Below, one piece after another: positions 21,916 to 31,642 of a stretch of 64,000 bases of DNA. The notes beneath the pieces are model-generated. The model saw only the letters and a list, made by a program, of their open reading frames with translations, was not told the DNA's origin and did no database searches. The number at the start of each line of letters is the position of its first letter. The first letter of the stretch is position 1. The position numbers were made by a program, and so were the translations under genes. Origin of the DNA: an uncultured Gammaproteobacteria bacterium (GTDB taxonomy: Bacteria > Patescibacteriota > Patescibacteriia > Magasanikbacterales > UBA922); the NCBI GenBank assembly GCA_964592785.1, contig CAZQHU010000003.1, positions 3,901-67,900 on the forward strand. The letters are read 5' to 3'.

Positions 21916-22908
21916 TTATCTTATACCCACCAGTTCCCGTACTTCTTCCATGGTTTCCGAAGCAATAATTTTGGCTTTTTCTTTACCTCGGAGCAAAATT
22001 TTTGCCAATTTATCAAAATCATCAGAAAGCAACTGATCCCGTCGCATTCGAAACTCAGCAAAATGATCCGCGATTGCTTCTGCCAATTCATTTTTCAAAT
22101 CTCCATAAAGAATAGTACCGGCTTTTTCTGCTCTTACAAACTTCTCATAAGTTTCCTGACTGCCAAAATTCTTAAGCAACAATAAGAGATTAGCAACACC
22201 CGGAGCCTTTTCTCCACCTTCGGTAGCTGTTACCGCTCTTTTTATTTTCTTCAAAATAATTTCCGGCGCATCGCCAATATTGATCACGTGATTGTCTCCC
22301 AGACTCTTACTCATCTTCTTCTCTGGTTCCAGAAGACTCATAACTTTGGGAATATCAGTAAGCAAGGCTTTGGCTTCAGGAAAATAATTTTTTTCAAAGC
22401 GATTATTAAACCAACGTGCTATATCACGAGTCAGCTCCACATGTTGAACTTGATCTTGGCCCACTGGCACAGTATCACCATGATAAAGTAAAATATCCGC
22501 GGCCTGAAGAATCGGATAAGTAAGCAAACCGGCATTAATATTTTTTTCTTGCCTAACTGACTTGTCTTTGAATTGTGTCATGCGATAAAGCTCGCTGATC
22601 GGCGTTACACAATTCAAAATCCAGGCCAGATCAGTGTGGGAAGTAATATCTGATTGAATAAAAAAAGTGGTTTTATCTGGATCAATGCCAGCAGCCAATA
22701 ACTCTGCTGCCAAACGCATAATTTGATGTCTTCTGTCTTCAGATTTCATATTGCCGGTAAGAGAATGTAAATCGGCAATAAAAATATACATTTCATATTT
22801 GCCCGAATTCTGTAAATCCACCCAGTTTTTCACAGCACCCAAATAATTACCTACATGAAGACTACCAGTAGGTTGAATACCAGAAACGATTACTTGTTTT
22901 TTAGGCAT
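21916..22908 (-). CDS. trpS: Tryptophan--tRNA ligase
   Basis: SGIQPTG-x2-HVGNY, YPILQAADIL, KMSKS. Confidence 0.98.
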   Translation of the reverse strand: MPKKQVIVSGIQPTGSLHVGNYLGAVKNWVDLQNSGKYEMYIFIADLHSLTGNMKSEDRRHQIMRLAAELLAAGIDPDKTTFFIQSDITSHTDLAWILNCVTPISELYRMTQFKDKSVRQEKNINAGLLTYPILQAADILLYHGDTVPVGQDQVQHVELTRDIARWFNNRFEKNYFPEAKALLTDIPKVMSLLEPEKKMSKSLGDNHVINIGDAPEIILKKIKRAVTATEGGEKAPGVANLLLLLKNFGSQETYEKFVRAEKAGTILYGDLKNELAEAIADHFAEFRMRRDQLLSDDFDKLAKILLRGKEKAKIIASETMEEVRELVGIR

Positions 22909-22956
22909 AAAATTGTTATTTATTTACACCTATATTTTACCCAATTTAGCAAAAAA

Positions 22957-24150
22957 TCACAAGTTTATTCTCTCTGCCACATAATCCACGTCTTTGTCGC
23001 CTCGACCAGAAAGATTAACAATGATGATTTTACTCTTATCCAAAATTGGCGCCAATTTTATGGCCTCGGCCAAAGCATGTGAACTTTCCAAAGCCGGAAT
23101 AATACCTTCTGTCCTTGATAATTCTTGAAAAGCGTTTAGAGCTTCTGTATCATTAGCCGTCTTATACTCTACCCTACCCAAATCTTTTAAATATGAATGC
23201 TCTGGACCAACCCCCGGATAATCAAGACCTGAAGCAAGAGAATGCACAGGCGCTGGTTCACCAGATTCATCTTGAAGTAAATAAGTCACCATCCCATGCA
23301 AAATGCCCGGCTTGCCCAAAGTCAGCGTGGCTGCATGTTCTCCTAGTTTAAAACTCTTGCCGGCTGGCTCTACACCAATCATCTTTACTGTGGAATCATC
23401 CAAAAATTCATTAAAAAGTCCAATCGCATTGGAACCACCACCCACACAGGCAATCAAATAATCTGGTAATCTTTTTTCTTGTGTCAAAATTTGTTCCCGA
23501 GCTTCTCGTCCAACTACCGACTGGAAATCTCGCACCATTCCTGGATAAGGATGAGGCCCAACGACCGAACCAATGCCAAAAAAAGTATTTTGATAATCCT
23601 GCATATAAGCACCAAAAGCACTATCCACCGCATCTTTCAAACAACGCCCACCAGAATTTACTTCCACTACCTTGGCGCCAAGAAGTCTCATGCGAATAAC
23701 ATTGGGATGTTGTTTGGCAACATCAATCGCCCCCATATGAATCTCACACTCCAAACCAACAATGGCCGCCGCCGTGGCCAAAGCCACACCATGCTGGCCA
23801 GCACCGGTTTCTGCCAAGAGTTTTTTCTTGCCCAAACGTTTGGCCAAGAGCGCCTCACCCAAAGTGTGATTGATTTTATGTGCCCCCGTATGATTTAAAT
23901 CTTCGCGCTTCAAATAAATTTTGGCTCCGCCCAATTTAGCTGTCAGATTTTTGGCAAAATAAAGTGGCGAAGGACGACCCACATAATTTTTTAACAAATC
24001 TTCGTATTCATGAATAAATTCCGGATCATTTTTTGCTTTTTCATATTCACACGCTACTTCGTCCAAGGCTGGTTTTAATTGTGGTGGCACGAGTTGTCCA
24101 CCATACTCTCCAAAATAACCAGAACTACTTGGTAAAGATTTAAATAAATT
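22957..24150 (-). CDS. trpB: Tryptophan synthase beta subunit (start codon not visible)
   Basis: [46 protein letters not shown]; the frame extends upstream of 24090 through GYFGEYGG into a homopolymer tract with no ATG. Confidence 0.95.
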   Translation of the reverse strand, partial: NLFKSLPSSSGYFGEYGGQLVPPQLKPALDEVACEYEKAKNDPEFIHEYEDLLKNYVGRPSPLYFAKNLTAKLGGAKIYLKREDLNHTGAHKINHTLGEALLAKRLGKKKLLAETGAGQHGVALATAAAIVGLECEIHMGAIDVAKQHPNVIRMRLLGAKVVEVNSGGRCLKDAVDSAFGAYMQDYQNTFFGIGSVVGPHPYPGMVRDFQSVVGREAREQILTQEKRLPDYLIACVGGGSNAIGLFNEFLDDSTVKMIGVEPAGKSFKLGEHAATLTLGKPGILHGMVTYLLQDESGEPAPVHSLASGLDYPGVGPEHSYLKDLGRVEYKTANDTEALNAFQELSRTEGIIPALESSHALAEAIKLAPILDKSKIIIVNLSGRGDKDVDYVAERINL

Positions 24151-24256
24151 AAATTTTTTTTTTTTAATTTTTTTAAATTTAAATTTAATAAATTATTTTT
24201 TTTTTTCTGGGCCCCCCCCCGCAACTGCGGGGCGCTCCACTAACCAGGACTCGACC

Positions 24257-24349
24257 CTAACAGCCGAGCAATGTCTTACCCTCCCGCCTCATCTGCTCTA
24301 GAACTTTGAGAAACATCGCGTAGCTGTAAGGACGTGGATCCATGGTCAT
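24257..24349 (-). CDS. GC-rich 30-aa orphan ORF (MTMDPRPYSY...LLGC)
   Basis: GGGGAGG SD; lies between the trp attenuator and trpB. Confidence 0.3.
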   Translation of the reverse strand: MTMDPRPYSYAMFLKVLEQMRREGKTLLGC

Positions 24350-24370
24350 GCCTCCCCATAAAGAACGAAC

Positions 24371-24398
24371 AAAAAAACGTCCGGCTTAGGGCCGGACG
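24371..24398 (-). terminator. trp attenuator terminator
   Basis: CGTCCGGC-CCTAA-GCCGGACG followed by T7. Confidence 0.85.
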
Positions 24399-24421
24399 AT
24401 GTTCACCAAAACACCATCAAA

Positions 24422-24484
24422 CTAGACCCTTCGCCAGAGAAGATATTGCCACCAAGCAAATTGTCTAGTTTGACTATTTTTCAT
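24422..24484 (-). CDS. trpL: trp leader peptide MKNSQTRQFAWWQYLLWRRV
   Basis: 20-aa ORF with tandem TGG TGG plus a third Trp; 11-bp stem TCAAACTAGAC/GTCTAGTTTGA; terminator downstream. Confidence 0.85.
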   Translation of the reverse strand: MKNSQTRQFAWWQYLLWRRV

Positions 24485-24495
24485 ATAAATTCTCG

Positions 24496-24789
24496 TCATT
24501 CCCGCGTCGGCGGAAATCTTTTATTTTTTAAAATCTTATAAAAACCACCTTTTTTATCTAACATCTCTCGCGCTCCTCGCTCTACTTTGGAAATACTCAC
24601 CGCGAGCTTCTTGGCGACTTCACGTTGAGTCAAACCTTGATGTAGGAGTTTCACAATCTGCAAGCGCATGACCACATCTTTTATTTCCGCCGGAGTAAGT
24701 AAATCCGCCAAAAAATCTTCCATCAATTTTTCATCTTTAATACCTACTAAAACTTTTAATAATTCTTTTTTGGCTTGAACAAAACCCAT
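24496..24789 (-). CDS. trpR: Trp repressor family protein
   Basis: DLLTPAE-x5-R-x2-I, QREVA-x2-L-x-VSISKVERG; C-terminus and stop come from a REP (24494-24519). Confidence 0.9.
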   Translation of the reverse strand: MGFVQAKKELLKVLVGIKDEKLMEDFLADLLTPAEIKDVVMRLQIVKLLHQGLTQREVAKKLAVSISKVERGAREMLDKKGGFYKILKNKRFPPTRE

Positions 24790-24838
24790 ACATTATTACT
24801 TTATAAACTTTTTAACTTTACAAACTTTAAACTACCCC

Positions 24839-24891
24839 GTACTGCTGTACCAGTACAAAAGTATTATATAAAATAAAAAACCAGCCGTCAA
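24839..24891 (-). promoter_or_regulatory. trpR promoter with TrpR operator
   Basis: TTGACG-N17-TATAAT, then GTACTGGTACAGCAGTAC (24856-24839), which has the GTACT-N8-AGTAC TrpR operator form. Confidence 0.8.
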
Positions 24892-25041
24892 TCGACGGCT
24901 GGGGATAAAATTGAGCCTATACGAATTTTTTTGGGGAGGTGGACTGCTGCGCCAGTCCACCCCAAGTCTTGCGCTGCGTTCCCCTACTCGCAGAGGGGCG
25001 GTGGAGACGAAGATTGTCTGGGTGTTTATCCCTAAATACCT

Positions 25042-25131
25042 TCACTTTTCTTCGTCTACCCCGACGGGCCGGTAGGTTGGGACGTCGTCGCCCTACAACA
25101 CCACCACGCAGCGGCTGGAACGGCTGGCCAT
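25042..25131 (-). pseudogene. Decayed GC-rich orphan ORF (internal TAG)
   Basis: AGGAGGT SD, ATG 25131, TAG at 25093-25095, TGA at 25042; downstream hairpins. Confidence 0.3.
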
Positions 25132-25334
25132 AGAGCACCTCCTGTTGGCCATTACAAAAATATTACTAAATAACCAATAAAAAAGCAAGTTTATAAAAAA
25201 TTTTATAAATATAAATAAAGGCTAAACACCACCCTTGAAAAAGATAATTACTTATGTTAAATTTAGTTTAGACAAACACACTCGGAATGGTCCGGGTGGT
25301 GCAACTATGTCTTGCTTCGAAAAGGAGGAACACG

Positions 25335-25601
25335 ATGTACATGGGCATGACGTTCACATTTCCAAAGGAAGGTGTAGAGGATATGTTGACGGCCTTGCGG
25401 ACGTTACGGGGAGTCACCCAGGTGATGGTGCAGGAACCGTACATACCTGTACACCCAACGATCTTTGTCCTTGTCAAGGTGGAAAAAGGGCAAGAATCTG
25501 AAATGCAACGCTATTTCTCAGCTCTTCTCTCGGCCACATGTGGCCGAGATATCCACGACCTGCGTTTCTTCAAAGTCCATGTCTACCCCAATCAGGGGTG
25601 A
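25335..25601 (+). CDS. GC-rich orphan protein (88 aa)
   Basis: AAGGAGG SD before ATG 25335. Confidence 0.6.
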   Translation: MYMGMTFTFPKEGVEDMLTALRTLRGVTQVMVQEPYIPVHPTIFVLVKVEKGQESEMQRYFSALLSATCGRDIHDLRFFKVHVYPNQG

Positions 25602-25678
25602 CCTATCTTCGACTGGGTACACCAATCGCACTTTTCCAACTTCGTTGGAGCACCTGAACCTGGAGGATTCAGGGTGAC

Positions 25679-25742
25679 TCAAGTGTTTATAAGTATTTTG
25701 TAAATAGTTGAGAATAAAAAATCCCGATTATATCGGGATTTT
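25679..25742 (+). repeat. Conserved 3' hairpin plus terminator, copy A
   Basis: TCAAGTGTTTATAAGTATTTTGTAAATAGTTGAGAATAAAAAATC; copies at 35240 and 35849. Confidence 0.8.
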
Positions 25743-25758
25743 ACTTTATAAACTTAGT

Positions 25759-27546
25759 TTACACCTCAATCACCACTGGGAGAACCATCGGACGCTTTTC
25801 AGTTTTGCTAAATAAAAATTGTCCAACTTTATCGCGAATATTATTTTTTATCTGGTTGGTATCAGCCCAGCTCATAGGATCAGACTCGATCACCATCTTC
25901 TTTACTTTGTGACGAAGATCTTCTATTAGTTGTTTATTATCTTTCAAGAAAATAAAACCTCGAGAAATAATATCTGGATTTTGAATCAGTTTGCCGGTCT
26001 TACTATCTATAGTAGCAATCACCACCACCATACCGTCTTCAGCCAGAACTTGACGATCGCGAAGCACTACATTTTGAGTATCAGAAACTCCCAAACCATC
26101 TACAAACACATAGTTGGATGGCACTTTTTTATCCAGCATCCGCGCGCCAAACTCACCCACTTCGATGATTGAACCATTGTCTGGCACAAAAATCTTATTG
26201 GCATCAAAACCATTTCGAATTGCCAAATTTCTCGCTTCTTTGAGAAAATAGTGATTGGCATAAACGGGGATAAAATAGGTAGGCCGAATTTGTTTGATCA
26301 TTTCCACAATATCTTCGCGGGTAGCATGACCAGAAACATGCACGTCCATGATCTCACCGTGGATCACATTGTCACACTGACGATAAATATTGTCTTTGAG
26401 ACGTTGAATACTACGCTCATTACCAGGAATAATCGAAGAAGAAAAAATCACGGTATCATTTTTGCGCAAACGAATCTGCTTGTGTTCACCAGTAACAATC
26501 CGCACCAAAACTGCGTTTTCTTCACCTTGAGCGCCAGTACAGATAACCACGATTTGCTTGTCAGGATAGTCATCCACTTTTTTGATATCAATTAACAAAC
26601 CTTTGGGTATATTGATATAGCCAAGTTCTTTGGCAATCTCAATATTCATCTTCATAGAGTAGCCATCGAGCGCCACTTTCTTACCCAGTTTGTCTGCCGC
26701 TTCCAAAACCCATTTGATTCTTTCTATTTGCGAAGAAAAAGTGCCAATGATCACCCGCCCAGGAGCACTGTTCAAAATATTTTGTAAATTTTTGTACATT
26801 TCTTCATAGCTACCAGTATGACGATCATTTAGGGAACCCAAACTCTCAAGCATGAGCACTGTGGGTTTATTTAATTTTTGTAATTGAGAATAATTCAAAG
26901 TCGGCTGACCATTCTTGTCACGTTCCATTGTCCAATCGCCCGGATGAATCACTGTGCCCGAAGGAGTTTCAATGATCACTCCTACTGCATCCATGATCGA
27001 ATGTTCAACTTGAAAAAATTTAATTGTAAATTTACCTAGTTGGATACGATCGCCCACGCTTTTGATAAGAATACTCTTCAAACTCTTGGACATGCCTTTT
27101 TTATAATCTTCCAGCTTATGCTTGATAAGCGCCAAAGTCAGGTTACGGCCTACTACCAGAGGATTACCCAACTTTTCCAGTAAAATAGGGGCCGCCCCAA
27201 TGTGATCCAGATGACCATGAGAAAAAACTACTCCGCGAATATTTTTTTCTTTACCTTGTAAATATTTAGTATTAGGAATGATGTAATCAATCCCGGGCAT
27301 GTCTTCCTCAGGAAATTGAATTCCCATGTCCAAAATAACTATATCATTCTCATATTCAAACATCGTCATATTACGCCCCACTTCTTCACAACCACCAAGG
27401 GGGATGATTCTCAAAACTCCTGGGGCACTACCCTTTTCTTCTGGCGTTAAACGTTTGAATGTTGAAAAACCCGGCTTCTTGTGAGGGTGCTTACTACCGC
27501 CAAAACGCCGCTGGCGTCGTGGCTGTGTTTTTTCTTGTGCTATCAT
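25759..27546 (-). CDS. rnj: Ribonuclease J
   Basis: PLGGCEEVGRNM, SHGHLDHIG, TGAQGE, HVSGHA, RPMVLPVVIEV. Confidence 0.97.
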   Translation of the reverse strand: MIAQEKTQPRRQRRFGGSKHPHKKPGFSTFKRLTPEEKGSAPGVLRIIPLGGCEEVGRNMTMFEYENDIVILDMGIQFPEEDMPGIDYIIPNTKYLQGKEKNIRGVVFSHGHLDHIGAAPILLEKLGNPLVVGRNLTLALIKHKLEDYKKGMSKSLKSILIKSVGDRIQLGKFTIKFFQVEHSIMDAVGVIIETPSGTVIHPGDWTMERDKNGQPTLNYSQLQKLNKPTVLMLESLGSLNDRHTGSYEEMYKNLQNILNSAPGRVIIGTFSSQIERIKWVLEAADKLGKKVALDGYSMKMNIEIAKELGYINIPKGLLIDIKKVDDYPDKQIVVICTGAQGEENAVLVRIVTGEHKQIRLRKNDTVIFSSSIIPGNERSIQRLKDNIYRQCDNVIHGEIMDVHVSGHATREDIVEMIKQIRPTYFIPVYANHYFLKEARNLAIRNGFDANKIFVPDNGSIIEVGEFGARMLDKKVPSNYVFVDGLGVSDTQNVVLRDRQVLAEDGMVVVIATIDSKTGKLIQNPDIISRGFIFLKDNKQLIEDLRHKVKKMVIESDPMSWADTNQIKNNIRDKVGQFLFSKTEKRPMVLPVVIEV

Positions 27547-27590
27547 AAAATATTTTATTTTTATTTAAATTAAAAAGAAGAAAAAATTTG

Positions 27591-27674
27591 TACCGCGAGA
27601 GAGACTTGAACTCTCATGGCCTTGCGGCCGCTGACACCTGAAGCCAGTGCGTCTACCAATTTCGCCATCGCGGC
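27591..27674 (-). tRNA. tRNA-Leu(CAG), CCA not encoded
   Basis: Acceptor stem GCCGCGA/TCGCGGT, anticodon arm CTGGC-TTCAGGT-GTCAG, long variable arm, GTTCAAGT T-loop. Confidence 0.95.
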
Positions 27675-27731
27675 TAAGATTATAAATTTCATTTACCCGC
27701 CAAAGCTTTAGCGACGACGGGCCACAAAAGG

Positions 27732-29729
27732 CTATTTCCCAAAATTCCATTGACCGGCAGTTTTGAGATACCAAGAAGTAATGTCAGCAAACCTGTCAGC
27801 TGGCTGTGCAATGCGAGTGACATCCATACCTTTTATGCTGTCGGATAAAGCATAGGTATAAGTCGGAGTGTAGAGAAAAATCGCTGGCAATTCGCTTATC
27901 AAAGTTTCTTGAAATTTTTTATAAAGTTCATTTTTTTCCAACTCATCCATGGTTTCCCGAGCTTTTTGTAAAATAGTGTCAACATTGCGATTGACATAGC
28001 CGGCCAAATTCAAACCCGGATAATCCACTTGGCTAGAATGCCAAAAAGGAAACTGATCCGGATCACTGCCTACTATTTCACCATATAATAAAATATCATA
28101 ATTTCTGGTTCGCAAAACTTCTTTGGTAAAATCCCGAGCTGAAACATAACGCACATTGGCTTTGACACCAATGCCCTGCCAAAAACCAGCCAAGAGCCCG
28201 GCCGCCTGCTTGTACTCTTCTGTACCCACGGTCACCAAATTTACTTCCAAAATTTTTCCTTCTTTATTACGACGATAAAAAGTTTGAGCTTGATTCAATT
28301 CAGCTTCCACTTGAGTTTTAATCTCTTGTCTCACTAAATCTTCCGTGCTTGAGGCCATCTCCCCACTTCCTTGTTCTGGAGTAGTAGTGGCTGTTTCAGG
28401 ATTATTTTTTCGCCATTCTTCAAAAAGTTTCTTTTCCATTTCGATCTGATAGTCACTGGCTGAAATACGTGGCCAGTTTTTATCCAAAAGATTATTAGCC
28501 TCATCCAAATTGTAATTTATTTTACCCAAATTTTCGTCATAAGCAGGAAAACCCGGCAAAACTGGACTATGAATTACCTGCCCTTCACCATTCAAGGCCT
28601 CACGCAAAATTCTATCTTTATCCACTGCCTGGGCCAAAGCCAAACGAACATCCTTGTCTTTCAAAACTTCATTGTTGCGCTGATTGAAAAATAAAGCTGT
28701 ATACTGAGGTAACTGTAAAGTTCGCAAAGCCACATGTTTACGTTCCACCCGTTCACGCAAATTTTTGGGTACAAAACTCAAACTCTGAACTTTGCCTTCT
28801 CTCATGGCCTGCACAGCCCCTGTCTCTCCTTCATAGGCAGAATAAAATTGGAAAATAAATTCTTCAATAAAAGCTGACTGGCGATAAAAACGTTCAAATC
28901 TTTGCAATTCATAGGTATAGATCTTGCCACTGGAATCTTTGGAAAACTTTTTAAACTGAAAAGGTCCGGTGCCAACTGGCTGAATATTGGCTTGAGCCAA
29001 ACGCATTTGTTCAGGAGGAACATTGAACCAAACATGCTCTGGCAAAATACCCACTGTCAAAGACGAAAGAAATGAAGCATAAACTTCGGGGAGTCTAAAA
29101 ACTACAGTATATTCATCTGGTACTTCCACCTCAACTCCTTGAAAACCCAAATACAAAGGACTGGCCGCCAAAACATTTTGAATAGTTTCAACAGTAAATA
29201 ATACATCATTGGCCGTAAAACGCTCCCCATCATGCCAATAAATGTCCTGGCGTAAAACAAAGGTGTAGGTTTTTTTATCATCACTTAAACTATATTTAAC
29301 TGCCAAATCTGGCAACAAACGATTTTTTTTGTCATAACGCATTAACCCTGAAAAAACCAAACGGCTAATATCCGCATCCACTTCATTACTGGCAGCAAAA
29401 ATCGGGTTGATGTACTGGGGACTGCCCACTACCGCCTCGGTCACGATACCACCAACAGTGGGGGCTTCAAGCCGATGAACTCTAACCCAATTGTAACCCG
29501 CCCAAAAAAAACCAAATAAAAAAACTAAAAAACTTATTTTCAAAATCCATTTTTCACGCGGACTCAAAATCCTGGCAATCTGACGCAACTGACAAAAACG
29601 AGGCCAATATCGACCCTGAACCTTTTGTAAAAGTTTGGTATCATAATGATGGGCAACAATCGGCCGTGGATTTTTCCTTTGTTTTTTAATTTTCCATTTG
29701 ACAAACTTGGATCGAAGTAACGATAACAT
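27732..29729 (-). CDS. Peptide ABC transporter substrate-binding protein (family 5)
   Basis: WHDGERFTANDV, PVGTGPFQF, PAIFLY. Confidence 0.93.
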   Translation of the reverse strand: MLSLLRSKFVKWKIKKQRKNPRPIVAHHYDTKLLQKVQGRYWPRFCQLRQIARILSPREKWILKISFLVFLFGFFWAGYNWVRVHRLEAPTVGGIVTEAVVGSPQYINPIFAASNEVDADISRLVFSGLMRYDKKNRLLPDLAVKYSLSDDKKTYTFVLRQDIYWHDGERFTANDVLFTVETIQNVLAASPLYLGFQGVEVEVPDEYTVVFRLPEVYASFLSSLTVGILPEHVWFNVPPEQMRLAQANIQPVGTGPFQFKKFSKDSSGKIYTYELQRFERFYRQSAFIEEFIFQFYSAYEGETGAVQAMREGKVQSLSFVPKNLRERVERKHVALRTLQLPQYTALFFNQRNNEVLKDKDVRLALAQAVDKDRILREALNGEGQVIHSPVLPGFPAYDENLGKINYNLDEANNLLDKNWPRISASDYQIEMEKKLFEEWRKNNPETATTTPEQGSGEMASSTEDLVRQEIKTQVEAELNQAQTFYRRNKEGKILEVNLVTVGTEEYKQAAGLLAGFWQGIGVKANVRYVSARDFTKEVLRTRNYDILLYGEIVGSDPDQFPFWHSSQVDYPGLNLAGYVNRNVDTILQKARETMDELEKNELYKKFQETLISELPAIFLYTPTYTYALSDSIKGMDVTRIAQPADRFADITSWYLKTAGQWNFGK

Positions 29730-29780
29730 AATAATAACCTTTCCCCACTTGAGGAAAGTAGAAGAAAAACACTGCCTCTA

Positions 29781-29996
29781 TTATATCATTAAATTGGCAA
29801 TAGAAACAGCAAAGAAAAGAATAGAGATAACAATTGTCACTTGAAAAAGCACTTTATCAACTCCACGACGGCTATTATAAACACTGCCACCGCCTCCAAA
29901 GGCACTGCCCAAACCTGAACCACGCTGTTGTAAAAGCACGGCCACGGTCAATAAAATCGCTAAAACTGCCTGTAAAACTGTCAAAACTTTATCCAT
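29781..29996 (-). CDS. secG: Preprotein translocase SecG
   Basis: VLLQQRGSGLGSAFGG. Confidence 0.95.
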   Translation of the reverse strand: MDKVLTVLQAVLAILLTVAVLLQQRGSGLGSAFGGGGSVYNSRRGVDKVLFQVTIVISILFFAVSIANLMI

Positions 29997-30159
29997 AGAT
30001 GTTATTATAATACCCCTCTATTCGAGGTTCTATTAACTGATTTATTTTTTAAGACAAAACAATTATACACCAAGGCCAAAAATAAATCAAGGGGGATACG
30101 CCCCTATTGACAACTTAAGCCACTTTTGCTATAATCACCGCACTTTAATATAAATAAAT

Positions 30160-30438
30160 ATGAGAAAAGACATTCACCCAGAATATTTTGAAAATGCCAA
30201 AGTCACTTGCGCTTGTGGCAACAGTTTTGAAGTTGGCTCCACCAAAAAGGAAATTCGCGTTGAGCTCTGCAATGCCTGCCACCCTTTTTATACCGGCAAG
30301 CAAAAATTTGTAGATACTGCCCGTCGCGTGGAAAAATACAAAGAAAAAATGGATAAAGTTGGCCAAGCAGCTGCTGTACGCAAAGGCAAAAAAGTGAAAA
30401 AAGCTGTGACCAAAGCCAAGAAGACCACCAAAAAATAG
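30160..30438 (+). CDS. rpmE: 50S ribosomal protein L31
   Basis: MRKDIHP, CACG, C-x2-CHPFYTG. Confidence 0.98.
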   Translation: MRKDIHPEYFENAKVTCACGNSFEVGSTKKEIRVELCNACHPFYTGKQKFVDTARRVEKYKEKMDKVGQAAAVRKGKKVKKAVTKAKKTTKK

Positions 30439-30514
30439 CTTTACAAAATAAAAGACAGACTTGGAATTTTCCGGTCTGTTTTTATTTATTTTTTAAACTG
30501 GTATACTTAAATTT

Positions 30515-31573
30515 ATGAATAATAAATACAAGCAAATCAAAGAAAAATATTTAATACTCGAAAAACAACTACAAGACCCAGCTGTGCTTAATGATACACA
30601 AAAATTAAAAAAAACTTCCCAAGAATATGATGATCTAAAAAATACTTATGAAAAAATAGCTATTTTGGAAAATCTTGAAAGAAATCTTGGCGAAGCTGAA
30701 GTCATTGCCAATGACGAAAACAACGAAGAATTGAGACAGCTGGCAGAAATTGAAGTGGAAGAATTGAAAACTAAAAAACAAGAGCTGGAAAAAGAGTTAG
30801 AAGAACTTACTCGTCCTCAAGATCCATTGGATAAAAAAAATGTTATTATAGAAATTCGTGCTGGCGCTGGTGGTGATGAATCGGCTCTCTTTGCTGGTGA
30901 TCTCATGCGTATGTATCTCAAATATGGAGAAGGTAAAGATTGGAAAGCCAGTCTCATTAGTGAAAATCAAATCGGTATTGGCGGTTACAAAGAAGTCATT
31001 TTTTCTTTATCAGGAAAAAATGTTTATCGGGATATGAAATATGAAATGGGTGTGCATCGCGTACAAAGAGTGCCGGAAACTGAAAAATCTGGACGCATCC
31101 ACACTTCCACTGCTTCGGTGGTAGTGCTTCCTGAGATTGATGAGATTGAATTCAAAATCGATCCCAAGGATCTACGCATTGACACTTTCATGGCTGGCGG
31201 ACATGGCGGACAAAGCGTCAATACTACTTATTCAGCAGTCCGCATTACCCATATTCCTACCGGCCTCGTCACTCAATCACAGGATGAAAGATCTCAACTT
31301 CAAAATAAATTAAAAGCCATGAATGTGATGCGCGCCCGACTCTACGAAATGGAGAGAGAAAAGCAAACCGCGGAAATTGATGCCAAACGCAAAAGCCAAA
31401 TCGGCACTGGGGATCGTAGCGAAAAAATCCGCACTTACAACTATCCCCAAGATCGCATCACTGACCATCGCATCCACGAAAGCTGGAATAATATCGGAAC
31501 CATACTAAACGGAAACTTGAATCCAATAATTGATGCACTGAGAAAGGTTGACTATGAAAGACTTGATAGTTAA
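30515..31573 (+). CDS. prfA: Peptide chain release factor 1
   Basis: PET motif, [14 protein letters not shown]. Confidence 0.98.
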   Translation: MNNKYKQIKEKYLILEKQLQDPAVLNDTQKLKKTSQEYDDLKNTYEKIAILENLERNLGEAEVIANDENNEELRQLAEIEVEELKTKKQELEKELEELTRPQDPLDKKNVIIEIRAGAGGDESALFAGDLMRMYLKYGEGKDWKASLISENQIGIGGYKEVIFSLSGKNVYRDMKYEMGVHRVQRVPETEKSGRIHTSTASVVVLPEIDEIEFKIDPKDLRIDTFMAGGHGGQSVNTTYSAVRITHIPTGLVTQSQDERSQLQNKLKAMNVMRARLYEMEREKQTAEIDAKRKSQIGTGDRSEKIRTYNYPQDRITDHRIHESWNNIGTILNGNLNPIIDALRKVDYERLDS

Positions 31574-31642
31574 AAAGTTCATCAAGTTCATAAAGTCTTT
31601 AAAGTCACCAACTTTATAAACTTTATAACTTTACAAACTTTA
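31572..31642. repeat. Inverted 9-mer arrays (TAAAGTTCA)n / (ACTTTATAA)n
   Basis: Same unit occurs as single arrays at about 15155, 24798 and 41632. Confidence 0.7.

Noticed and set aside
25042-25131. Stop-codon recoding (in-frame TAG)
   Set aside because: A single case in a tiny ORF; TAG and TGA terminate many real genes here, so decay is the simpler explanation.
25679-25725. Conserved 3' module as a canonical integron attC or dif site
   Set aside because: It lacks RYYYAAC...GTTRRRY ends and XerC/D arms, and no integrase gene is in the window; retained only as an unexplained motif.
27620-27650. tRNA read as a TCA (Sec or opal suppressor) anticodon
   Set aside because: The stem CTGGC/GTCAG places the loop as TT-CAG-GT, giving Leu(CAG).
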